Below are positions 51,065 through 62,594 of a stretch of DNA of 64,000 nucleotides, one piece after another. Position 1 is the stretch's first letter; every line of letters starts with the position of its first letter. Both the position numbers and the translations under genes were made by a program. Origin of the DNA: Camelus dromedarius (Eukaryota); assembly GCF_036321535.1 (NCBI RefSeq), contig NC_087437.1, forward strand, positions 51,896,001-51,960,000. The letters are read 5' to 3'. The notes below the pieces were generated by a model. The model saw only the letters and a program-made list of their open reading frames with translations, ran no database searches and had not been told where the DNA came from.

Positions 51065-53151
51065 ATCTAGATTGTGAGCTTCTCAAGGGCAGTAGCCATG
51101 TCTTCATCTCTGTGCCCAGTACAATGCCTCATACTTGGTAGATTTAAAGAAATGTTTTATTAAATGAGTTGAAATACTAAATTCATGTCACTTTTCAGGT
51201 TTATATTATGTTTTGATAATGTTATCTCTACCAGTCATCCTCTGTTACTAAAAAAAACCTGCAGCCTTGAAATACACTTCATCACCCTTCCATAGAAAGA
51301 AAACGAAACCTTCCTAGTTTATCTTGTGAATATCATCTCTCTTAAAAAGTTTTTTGGAGTTTTGAAATGATGTTATTTTCCGAATTAGCAGATCATAAAG
51401 GCTTTGTAAAGGAACTTTGTAAAGTATGCCAGTTTTTTTGTACTCTGCATCTGCTGACAGTTCTTCAGCTCAGTCTTCTTGATCTTATAAAAACTTGCGT
51501 TAGGACTCCTATTGGAGGTTTTAGCTTCTAATTTGAGAAAGATTTTTTTTTTTTTAATATGTAAGTATTTCAGATCCGTAGTTGTGTTTTCTAAAAGCTA
51601 ATGATACAAGGGTTCCTCAACAAAAACACCCACTGAACCCATAGGTCTGAGTGAGTTGGTCCTTGGTCTTTGTTGCTTCTTCATCTATATTTCTAGGGTT
51701 ATATTTTTTATTTTTCTTATATGACTTTTATTTCTTTTTTTAAACATCAGCTTGAAGTTGCTGTTACTTTGAATATATTTTAACTTCAGAAACAGTATGT
51801 ATGATCTGTGTTAACGAGACTTAAGCATTTTGAATTTTGACAAAGAAGGCTTTGGTCAATGAAAGAATATCCTTTTACAGCGATTTATTTATTGCTTTCT
51901 AATATAGAGGAAATTTTTCATTTAGAGATGAAGAGATTAATTTTAGTCAGTTTTAATAACATGGTCTTATTCTCCTTTTAGTTACTAAGTGAGAAATACA
52001 AATAATCTTAGAGGACTGTGTACAAAACCCTATTTGTACATATTTATATAATAATGGCAAAGAAAATATTGCTCATGTAAGTGAGACTGTAGTTCATAAT
52101 AAAGGAAAACTGTCTTTGCAAAATTTTCCTATCTGCTAGTGACAGTAAGTACAGTCATAGTGGTTTACTGAGGAGATAATATTGTTATCATCCTGAGTAG
52201 TAACTTGGGTGCCGTGTGTATTCGGGTCCTAGTGTTAGATACTGGGATTATAAAGTGCTCCATGATCATCTTTGACTTTGGGAGAGGAATAGGACTGGAA
52301 ATTGGCTAGCTTTCACACACCGGGGAGCTAGGGAGGTAGACAAGTGAGAGTAAAAATAATTTAAGTTGTAGAACATTATGAAAACTATAAGGGGGCAGAA
52401 GTAGAAAGTATAAGTACTTACTCCAGGATATGTGGGTGCATATGGTCTGTCATGTTCATTAGTAGCAACCTGAAGAGACCCTGGGGAGAAATGGACATCC
52501 AGAATATTTTACAGAAAGTTAGAGATTGCTGAGACACACTAAATCTCAGAACTTGGGGAATGAAATAATGTTACTAGGCCTTGTCATCCTTTGCCACTAA
52601 TGAGATTTTTAATTTTGAAATTTCATTTTCTAATCATATTCATTACTTCATCTTTTGACTCCTGCTGCATTTCTAGAATGGACTCCTCTCTTTCCTTGAC
52701 ATTGCAATAGTCTTCTCACTGGTTCTTAATAGTCTCCCTGCCTCAGTTTCCCCCTTGTCCTCATCTAACTTCATACTGCCCCATTCATCTTTCTAAAACA
52801 TGAGTCTCATCATGTATGTCCATTTCTTAAAAGACCTCAGTTGCCTTCCCACTGCCTGCTGTATATAGTACACTAGCTTATTAAGTAAACGAGTACTGAT
52901 TATGGGTCAGGCATTGTACCAGGCACTCGGGATACACCGGTGGACAAGGTAGACATGGGTCCTCCTGTCACCTAGTATAGTGAAATATAAGGCTTTTTAT
53001 GGTTTGGATCCCAGCTTATCTTTCTAGGATCACCTCCAGCTCCTATACTCCAGTCATTTTGGACTACTTCCTTTTTCATGGGCAAAACCCATGTTATGAA
53101 GTCACTGTGTTTGCACATGCTGTTTTCAGCCCAGAATGCCTCTCTTCTGTC

Positions 53152-53311
53152 AAATGCCTTTTTTTTTAATGATTTTTTTTCCTCTTTTTTCTTTATGAGG
53201 GGTAGGTAATTGGGTTTATTTATATATATTTGGAGGAGGTACTGGGGATTGAACCCAGGACCTCGTGCATGCTAATCATGCGCTCTGCCGCTTGAGCTAT
53301 ACACTCCCCCA
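53152..53311 (-). mobile_element. tRNA-derived SINE in VPS8 intron 3
   Basis: Full body; perfect 20-bp TSD CAGAATGCCTCTCTTCTGTC at 53132-53151 and 53312-53331. Confidence 0.92.
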
Positions 53312-53713
53312 CAGAATGCCTCTCTTCTGTCTGCTTGTCATACTTCTCAGGGTATACTTTTTATAGTCAGGTGGTATTTATTTTCTTCCAGTTGGCCATT
53401 GGCTGTCAGTTAACTAGTAAAGCATCTATACAGGTTTGAATTTTAGAACTGTTTGGCAGCTAACAATAATCTGCATAACTACTGCTTTTTCCTTCTACAA
53501 GAAAGGAATTTTTGGAGTCAGCTCTTTGTAGAGAGAGATGTCCAAAGTTGAAGTTTAATTCTGTACTATGACTCTCTGGTCAATAACAATGCATGGAAAA
53601 GAGGTGAAAAGCAGAATAAGCATGAGTGTTTTGGAGAACTCCATTAACACCTATCTGGCTTCTCTCATAGAGCATTTGGGATTCTGAATTTATTGATCCT
53701 TGTTCTATTTCAG

Positions 53714-53844
53714 ACTGATGATGAAGATGAATCTTTTGTTCTTGAAGATCCTACATTGTTAAACATCGATGCTATTGATTCTCACTCCTATGATACTTCG
53801 TCTGTGGCAAGCTCAGATAGTGGTGACAGGACCAACTTAAAAAG
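53714..53844 (+). CDS. VPS8: VPS8 exon 4: TDDEDESFVLEDPTLLNIDAIDSHSYDTSSVASSDSGDRTNLK(R)
   Basis: Acceptor TGTTCTATTTCAG, donor AAG|GTAAGT; 131 nt, phase 0-2. Confidence 0.95.
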
Positions 53845-55734
53845 GTAAGTATTCATTTAAGTCACACTTGCATATGGCTAAAATATTTGATAATTTAAAA
53901 TGTACATATTCCTTTGTAGTACAGTATGGTCTGGTAAAGCCCTGCATAGGAAGTAGAGGGCCCACTTGGGTGGAAATCATCTGCTTGTTAGACCCTGAAG
54001 ATGTTGGCACTGTTGAGGGGAGAGGATAAAAAGGTGGATGCCATGACCACTGTCTCCTGCACCCCCAGTAGGAAGCCATACAACAGGCAGGACTCCCACA
54101 AGTGGGAGAGCCCTTGGAGAGCACACAAATCAAACCCGGCACAGGGTGTGTGGTGGAAACGTGGAGCTGGTCTGCCTCACCACCCTGCTGCTCCCTCCGC
54201 TCCCCACCTGCTTCCTCCCACTCTCTAAGGATAGCTCCAGTGTTTCTTCATTCCCTTGGAATGGGTTCAGAGGAGAGTCAAAAAGATGATTAAAGATTTG
54301 GGAAAAGGACTTCTAACCCTAAATAACTTCATTTTGGCTTTTCACCTTCCAGATTCTTAGAGAGCACATGAAAAGGAAAGAGAAGTGGAGGAAGCATAAT
54401 GTAAATACTTTATTGAATTCATGTGTAACTTTAATGTTGATAAGTTGTTGGTGTATTTTTCCTCGCTTCTTAAATTTTGCCTTTGTCAGTGCTGTCTTCT
54501 TTAGGTTGTCAACTCTTTTGGGATAGGGGCCATGACTGGGCATATTAACTTGTTCACCACTTTCTCCTACAAATAGATAGCTTAAATTGTTTCAGCTTTA
54601 TTGAGATATAATTGACATATAGTATTGTATAGATTTAAGGTGTACAATGTGATTCTTTGATGTATGTATATATTGTGAAATGATTACCACAATAAGGTTA
54701 GTTAACACCTTTATCACCTTGCATAATTATCATTTCTTTCTGCAGCAAGAACATCTAAGATCTACTCTCAGCAATTTTCAAGTGTATAAATAACACAGTG
54801 TTGTTAGCTATAGTCACCGTGCTGTACATTAGATCCCCAGAACTTATTTTAAAATTGGAAGTTTGTACCCTTTAACCAGCATCTCTGTATTTCCCCTGCT
54901 CCCCAGCCCCTGGCTACCACTATTCTACTCTGTTTCTGTGAGTTTGGCTTTTTAAAATTCCACATATAAGTGAGATCGTACAGTATTTGTCTTCTCCAAT
55001 CTGACATTTCGTATAGCATAACACTCTTAAGGTCCATCAGTGTTGTTGCAAATGGCAAGATTTCCTTCTTTCTCATGGCTAAATGATATCCCATTGTATG
55101 TATATGTGTGTGTGTATGTGTATACACACGTGTAACACATCTTCTTTATCCATTCATCTGTAGATGGACATTTAACTTGGGTTGTTTCCATATCTTGCCT
55201 ATGTCAAATTATGCCACAATGAACATGCAAGTGCAGATACCTCTTTGAGATAGTCATTTTATTTCCTTTGGATGCATAACCCAGAAGTGGGATTGCTGGA
55301 TCATATGGTAGTTCTATTTTTAATTTTTTGAGGGACCTCCATACTGTTTTCCATAGAGGCTACACCAATTTACATTCCTACCAACAGTGCACCAGGATTC
55401 CCTTTTCTCTGTATCCTCACCAATACTTACTCTTTTGTCTTTTTGATAATGGCTGTACTAATGGGTATGAGGTGATATCTCTTTGTGGTTTTGATTTGCG
55501 TTTCCTGATGATTACTGATGTTGAATACCTTTTTATGTACCTGTTGGCCATCTGTATGTCTTCTTTGAAAAAATGCCTGTGTAGGTCCTCTTACTTTTTT
55601 TTTTTTTTTAACTCAGGTTGTTCTTTGCTATTGAGTTATAAGAGTTCTTTTTATATTTCGAATTTTAACCCCTTATCAGGTGGATGGTTTGCAGATATTT
55701 TTTCCTATTCTGTAGGTTGCCTTTTCATTTTTTA

Positions 55735-55835
55735 ATTTTTTTTCCTTTCTTCTTCTCTTTCTTTTCTCCTCTCTTCTTTTCTTCTCTTTTCTTTTCTTCT
55801 CTTTCTTTTCTTCCTTTCCTTTCCTTTCTTTCTTT

Positions 55836-55878
<43 letters not shown>

Positions 55879-55965
55879 GTTAATGGAGGTACTGCGATTG
55901 AACCCAGGACCTTGTGCATGCTAACTAAGCACATGCTATACCACTGGGTTGTACCCCTCAACCCC
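55735..55965 (-). mobile_element. tRNA-derived SINE nested in L1
   Basis: GGAGGTACTGCGATTGAACCCAGGACCTTGTGCATGCTAA body; L1 sequence resumes on both sides. Confidence 0.85.
55740..55878. repeat. Pyrimidine-rich (TTTC)n/(TTTTC)n tract (expanded SINE tail)
   Basis: About 140 nt of only T and C, ending in perfect TTTC units directly adjacent to a SINE body. Confidence 0.92.
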
Positions 55966-57830
55966 TGATTATTTCTTCAGCTTTGCAAAAGCTTTTCAGT
56001 TTGATGTAGTCTCATTAATAGGTATTTATTTGCTTTTGCTGCTTGTGCTTTTGGTGTCATACATAACCAAAACATTGTTACCAATATCAGTGTCAAGGAG
56101 TTTTCCCCTGTTTTCTTCTAGGTGTTTTATGTTTAAATCTTTAATCCTTTTAATCTTTATCAGTGGTGTAAGATAGGAGTACAATTTCATTCTTCTGTGT
56201 GTGATTATCAGGTTTTCCTGGCACCATTATTGGAGAGAATATTCTTTCCTTATTGAGTATTCTTGGTTCCTTTGTCAAATATTAGTTGACTGTGTATGCG
56301 GATGGTTATTTCTGGGCTCTCTAATCTGTTCATTGGTCGATGTGTCTTTTTTAATGCAGTACTATACTATTTGATTACTGTAGCTTGTAATAAAGTTTGA
56401 ATGTGTGATGCCTCCAGGCTTGTTCTTCTTACCCAAGATTGCTTTGGCTGATTGGGGCCAGTTGTGTTTCTATAAACTAACAATGAAATACCTGAAAAAG
56501 TAATAAAAATCTCATTTACAAAAGCGTCAAAAACAATAAAATACTTAGGAATAAGTTTAGGAACAAGGAGGTGAAAGAGCTATACACTGAAAATTATAAG
56601 ACATTGATGAATGAAATTAAAGAAGACAGAATAAATGGAAAGATATCCCATGTTCATGGGTTAATATTAAAATGTTCATACTACCTGTAGCCATTTATAG
56701 AGTCAGTGCAATCTCTATCAAAATCTCAATGGCATTTTCCACAGAAATAGAAAAAAAAATCCTAAAATTTGTCTGGAACTACAATAACTTAAATATTTTT
56801 GATGATCTAGTCACTGCCTGCTGAAGAGATATGGTACCTTCTTTTTGCCTACACAATAATGTCAGAACTCCGTTGCATGGCATCAGTCTGAACCTCCTTA
56901 CCATTTTGAACTAATCTCAGCACTCCCGCTGCTCTCTTTCCAGTCCGTGACTTTTGTGTACTCACATTCTCCCCACACACTGTGCACCATTACATCTTCA
57001 TATTTCTGCTTTTGCTTTTTTGTTGTGTGACAGATTCCTGGTTTTCTATCAAGGCCAGATCAGATGCCTTCTCTTTTCTGTAGTTGTCCCTGATATCCCC
57101 CTAACAAACAGGATTAAGCTCTTTATTTCATTCCTATGGTGCTTTATTTGTTTCTTTTCTAACATTTATCTTTTAAGAGTGAATTACTTATTAGTCCCTC
57201 TAGCTAAGCTATGAAGTCCTTGAGAGTAGGAACCTTGAGTTTCTTATTTTTGTATCCCCAGAGCATACTTTTAGTTCCATAGAGTAGGTGCTCAATGTTT
57301 GGTAAGAGTTTAAAATTATTTTTCATACTGTGATGAATAGGGTTAGTGAAAGGAGCTGTCAGTAGGTGCAGCAGAAAATGAGTAATGAGTAGGGAATTTG
57401 AGGCGGTTGGCTGGAGAGTGAGAGGGTGGTTATAGACAAGAAGAGGGCAAGAAAGAAGGCAAAGGTGGAAAGCAGGTAGAGGTAATGTAGACGTGTAAGC
57501 AGGCGTGCTCTAAGGGCAACCTCTGATGAGTAGCAGAACCTCTTGTTGTATTACTTGAGATGGGCAAGAAACAGTTGAATCAGTGAAAAAGGAATGGTGG
57601 CCTTATTCATTTTCCTGCTTGTGCTTCTTTGAGGTTAAGGTGGATTTAGTGCAACGTCTTAATGTGTGACTGTTAGACTCTATACCTCTTCACAAAACGG
57701 AGCTAACAAATTACGTAGTGGTGTTTTCTGCTTTGTTTTAATTTTTTTCTTATTTCAAAGCTTTAAAGACTCTGCCTTTTCTTTTTTTTTTTTTCCTGTC
57801 CTTAAATGTTTTTCTTTTTTTTTTTTAAAG

Positions 57831-57924
57831 GAAAAAGAAATTACCTGATTCTTTTTCACTCCATGGATCAGTTATGCGACATTCACTTTTAAAGGGAATT
57901 TCTGCTCAGATAGTGTCTGCAGCT
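57831..57924 (+). CDS. VPS8: VPS8 exon 5: (R)KKKLPDSFSLHGSVMRHSLLKGISAQIVSAA
   Basis: Long T tract plus AAAG acceptor, donor GCT|GTAAGT; 94 nt, phase 2-0, compatible with exon 4. Confidence 0.95.
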
Positions 57925-58994
57925 GTAAGTATTTTGTTCTCGTCCCCCCAGTTTTATAACCTGCAATGGCATAATGAAGTAGGAATGAGCATAAAACAAA
58001 GCACAGCACTTCTCCTGGCCTGAGGCTTAAGAAAAATAGAATCTGGCTTTCATGGGTTTTGTGTGATTATTTTTGACTCATAAGACATGGCTACACATCT
58101 TGACATAGAAATTAGTGCAGCCATGAAATAAAGGTCTGCCCAGAGTCTTGGGTGTGCCTAAATGAAATATGGCAGTGAGCCTAAAAGAAACACTGTCTGC
58201 CTTTTCTTTAAATTCCTTTTCAGTTTAGTTGCCATTTTGTGTATTTGGTTGAGGTAGAGTGCTTGTTTTTTTAGTCTTTTCATATAGAGAAATGATTGAT
58301 CAGAAACTTTTACAACTGAGTGATTTTTTAATAATTTATGAAAGTATTTTCATGTACCTTATTTCATAAACTCTTACAACTTTGAAAATAGGGAAAGCCA
58401 TATCCTATTTTACAAACGAGAAGACAGACTCAGAGAGGTGATATTAACTTGTCTTACATCATTGGGTTAGGAGATTAAGCAGTTACTCAATATTGGGGTT
58501 TTGGGCTCCAAGTTTAGTGCTTTTTTTGTTGTGAAATGGGGGTGGCATTGGTGAATGTGGCCAGTATATAATGGCTGGAAGAGAATATCTGTGGTCTTTT
58601 GTGAAAATGATTTAGAGAGCTGGGTTAATGCAAAAATACTTAATAGTCCATCAAGACAATAGATACTGATGTTGTTAAGTTTTATAAAATTTTGCTTTTG
58701 ACTTCAAGGCGTATAGTTTTATATAGTCTTTCCATTTTGGTTTTCTGAATTCAATACATAGATTCTGCAAATAATAATAGTAATACTGAGGATGATGATG
58801 ACAGATTCCTGCCCCAGAAACTTCGATGTGTTTTTATGTCCTTTTCATGGAGTTTAATTGGTATTTTGCTTATTCAGTTTGGACAAAGTTTTGGTTTTTC
58901 GTGAGGGTGAGAGATTGATACAGAAGTGGCATCATGACACCATAACCACATTGCAATTTTCAGGTTTATCAGAGAAAGCTCTTATTGCAGAAAC

Positions 58995-59088
58995 CAAAAA
59001 AAAACCCCAAACAAACAAAAAAAATAAAAAAGACTCCCCCCAAAGAAAACAAAAAACAAAAAACAAAAAAAATGAAAGAAAGAAAAAG
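58995..59088. repeat. A-rich low-complexity tract
   Basis: AAAAAAAAACCCCAAACAAACAAAAAAAATAAAAAA...GAAAGAAAGAAAAAG. Confidence 0.85.
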
Positions 59089-59944
59089 CATTCTCTGTGG
59101 GCAATTGCTATGCCCTGACCCAGCTCATATTTCATGAAGTCAGTTTAAACAGAGAGATAGTCAAGCAATGGAGGAAACCTGGGCAATTGTCCTTCCCCTT
59201 TTAGGTGGAGAGTAACTCATATTTGCTAGAATGGGAACCACCTGTTGAGGATTACATTTCCATGACGTTTTCTGAATTTAATCCTTATGTAGGTGATGAA
59301 ATTCATTCCTTTCAAAATCAAGATGAACCAGAACAGTCATTTGACCCACCTGTGCAGTTTTAAAAATATTTTGAATAATGGAGACTGAACTAAAACTCAG
59401 ACACTGAACAATGATTAGATAAATCTGTTATTTAAAAGGGTTTCTCCTCTCTCTTGAAGAGGAGGGAAAAATTCTAATAAATCCCAGAGTGTTTGCATTC
59501 TGTTCTTATTTCATTGCTATGGCTGAGCTCCTTTGGTATGTTAAAATGAAAACTGCTTTTCCTGTGTCTGTCTTCATACTCTGCTTTCCTAATTTTGGAT
59601 TACCAGCTCAATTTAAATTGTATGCTTTCCTGTGATGGTTGGTTTATTAACATGTAAAGCTAATTATATTTTTGGTTATCTCTCCTGAATAGTCCAAAAA
59701 TGCCTTCAGCTATGTGAATAGTGGTGTTATTAGGGATGGCTAGGGCTTTGATCATCATGGCCTTGTAGTCTGCATGGAGAACACCTAGGAGACATGAAAC
59801 TTTTGGAGTTGTGAACCTCATTGTTTAATTTTGGAATCCTCCTCCAAGTCATATGATGTGACTATATTGAAAATTAATTCAAATTACTTTTTAAAGAGTA
59901 TTTATCATTTTTATGATCACCTAAGATAATAGAGATACCTTAAC

Positions 59945-60128
59945 ATAGTGTTTCTGCAAAATGTGTCTAGTGCATGAGTCTCCTAGAGTGCTTATGAAAA
60001 TGCAGGTGCCTGGGCACCACCTGAGACCTACTGAATTGGAATCCAGTTCTAACAGTGTAGCCTAGGGATCAGCATTTTAACAGGCATCCCAGGTGATTCT
60101 AATGCACCCTGGCTTTTGAGAATCACCT
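59945..60128. mobile_element. MER5-like hAT MITE
   Basis: AAAATGCAGGTGCCTGGGC...GCATTTTAACAGGCATCCCAGGTGATTCTAATGC...TTTGAGAATCAC. Confidence 0.75.
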
Positions 60129-61534
60129 TCTTAAGCTGCTGTAACACCAGTACTAAAATTCTGTAACTTCTAAAGTGCTTCTCACCTTGGTGGATTTTTA
60201 GCTTTTAAAGTTAGCTGACTTCTGATTGCATTATTCAGGTTCCATTTTGAAAATAGTCTATGTTCTTCATCTGTTGTCTCATTCTTTTTCCCTATCCAGG
60301 ACACAAATCAATCATTTATCAAATATTTATTGCATGTTTCTTAATTGTCGAGTATGATGTTAGGCGTCCTTTACACACACGCGTTCACACATATGTGGGT
60401 ATATCCTGTCGTCCAGAGCCCTGTACGTAGCAGCCTTGGTGATCTTCCTCATAGTCCTGTGCCCTGGAGTAAGTTTCTTAAGTTAGTTTCTGGGATGGTC
60501 TATACAGTTGGATAAAACAGATTCTGCCTTCTGAGAAATTATAATAACAAACTGAGCACATTGACATGGACAGACAGAAAATAAATGTAGAAGTGATACA
60601 AAGAGCTTGACCTGGGACCTGGAAGCCCTGAGTTAGAGACATAGTTGTACCACTTCCTGAATAATTTTGGGCAAGTCAGTTAAGCTCTTTGAAACTTAAT
60701 CTGAATCTTAAGAATCTTACTCTATTTTCTTAATCTGGAAAATCAGAATAATTCCAGCTGTTTTATTTCTCTCTCCCAGTTTGAGAATCAAATAGTGTCA
60801 TATATACATTTGAAAGCTCTTTGCTACTACAGTGCTAATCATTGTGGGCCCTTGTTATTATTTAAATCCATAGAAACATCAAATAGATACCCTTACATTT
60901 ATATGATACTTTATATTTAATTTGATCCTCAGGACAACTTATTGTGGTAGGTAGGGAAGTTTTTGTCATTTCCTTGAACACATGAGGAGATGTACTCAGA
61001 TGGATTAGATAACTTTGCCAAGGTCATACAGTTGCTGGGAAGGAGCTGGGACTAGCACTTAATTTTTGATTTCTTATTCTGACTGAATATACCCTGCTCT
61101 GGTTTTATTTAGGGGATTATTGTGTAAACTTCTGGGTAAAAAGCGCCTACTTAGAGGAATAATATCTTTAGTGTATGTTTCCCTTTTCTAAAGTCTTTAC
61201 ATACTCCTATCATTTTGACCCATAGTATTTATAGTTATTCACATTATTGAAAATAGAACCTCTTTCCTCACTCTTTTCCTTTACATTTTTATTTATAATC
61301 AGTACCCTTCCTGAAGTTTCTGTTACAGTTAGTAAAATAAAATGATCTACTCTTGTGCTGTTTATATTTTGTTGGTATATATAGCTTTTGTAGTTTCTCT
61401 TGGGGGCAAAAATGAAGGTTCTACCTCTTGTCTGAATTGATTTGTATCAAAGTATGTGTAAAAAGAGGGCCTTATACCATTTTCTGTTTAAAAATGGGAA
61501 TATTTTTTCAAATATATTTTTTAAATTTATTTAG

Positions 61535-61567
61535 GACAAAGTGGATGCTGGCTTGCCTACAGCAATT
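61535..61567 (+). CDS. VPS8: VPS8 exon 6: DKVDAGLPTAI
   Basis: Acceptor TTTATTTAG, donor ATT|GTAAGT; 33 nt, phase 0-0. Confidence 0.92.
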
Positions 61568-62539
61568 GTAAGTACACTTTAAATAATCCTTTAAAGCTTT
61601 CTATTTGATTGGGTTTTCTTAGATTTATCCTTCTAATGTTCAAAGTTATTACATAAATTTTCTGGTAATAAATTCATATGTCATTTACTGCCAATAGTCA
61701 GATTTAAAATTTATCTCTTTTGCGTGTTCTCTTTTTTTCTAGTGTATCGTTACTCTTCAGTTTTTTGTTTTTTTTTTTAAGAAGCACGATGGAATAATGA
61801 TTAGCCTTTTCCAAGTTTATTTGTATGCGGTACTTACTGCCCTGCCCATACTACCCTGCCCAAGTGAATTTGCTCCTTCTGTGTTTTGGCCTACCTTTGG
61901 TTATAGGGAATGGAAAAGAGTATTCAGTAAAATCACTTTGTGGTAAATAGTACACTTAACAGCTCTGAATTCCATTGCCAAGCCTGCCAAATAGTAAATC
62001 TGTGGCATGATTATAGAGAACTTGGGGATATTAAAAGGCACTAGTACCCTCTTTTCTATTTCCAACTATTTCCAGCTGCCTCCTGTAGCTTTCTTATTAG
62101 TCAGTTGGTGAAGAGGTGGGCTGGGCTTTGAATATTTCTTGTGCTTTTGAATCCTACGAATAAACTGGAGAGGCGCTTTCTCATCGCTTCCCACACCTCA
62201 TAGGAGGCTCTTGGTTGGGTAGCATAAGTGCCTCTTTGTGTGGACCTTGAATTTTTAAAAAATTGTGTTAGGGGAAGTTAAGTGGCATGTTTTTGCTTAT
62301 AATGTTGAACATATGATATTTTGATAATGTTATCCTTAGAATAAATTTAGAGGGAGTCCCAGAAATAAGATGTCCTGAGTTTCATTTCCCATTTTGCCTT
62401 CTAGATGAAATTCTCCTTGTTTATAATAGTTGGTATGTTATCTGGTGCCTAGAGGAAAGAAAACCAACAGCTTCTATTCTGATTATTTCAAGATCCTTGA
62501 TGTAATATCTTAAAATGTAATCTTCCCTTTTGTTCTCAG

Positions 62540-62594
62540 GCAGTGTCCAGTCTGATAGCAGTGGGTACATCTCATGGATTGGCTTTGATATTTG
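62540..62594 (+). CDS. VPS8: VPS8 exon 7: AVSSLIAVGTSHGLALIF(G/D), start of the beta-propeller region
   Basis: Acceptor TCTTCCCTTTTGTTCTCAG, donor TTG|GTAAAT; 55 nt, phase 0-1. The IAVGTSHG segment resembles a WD40-type blade. The gene continues beyond the window. Confidence 0.93.

Larger units (their letters stand above)
54588..56783 (-). mobile_element. L1 (L1MA-like) with 5' inversion, in VPS8 intron 4
   Basis: Minus-strand 3'UTR/ORF2 from 54588 to about 56460, then plus-strand ORF2 sequence about 56470-56783; TSD ATA(G/A)CTTAAAT at 54577-54587 and 56784-56794. Confidence 0.88.
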
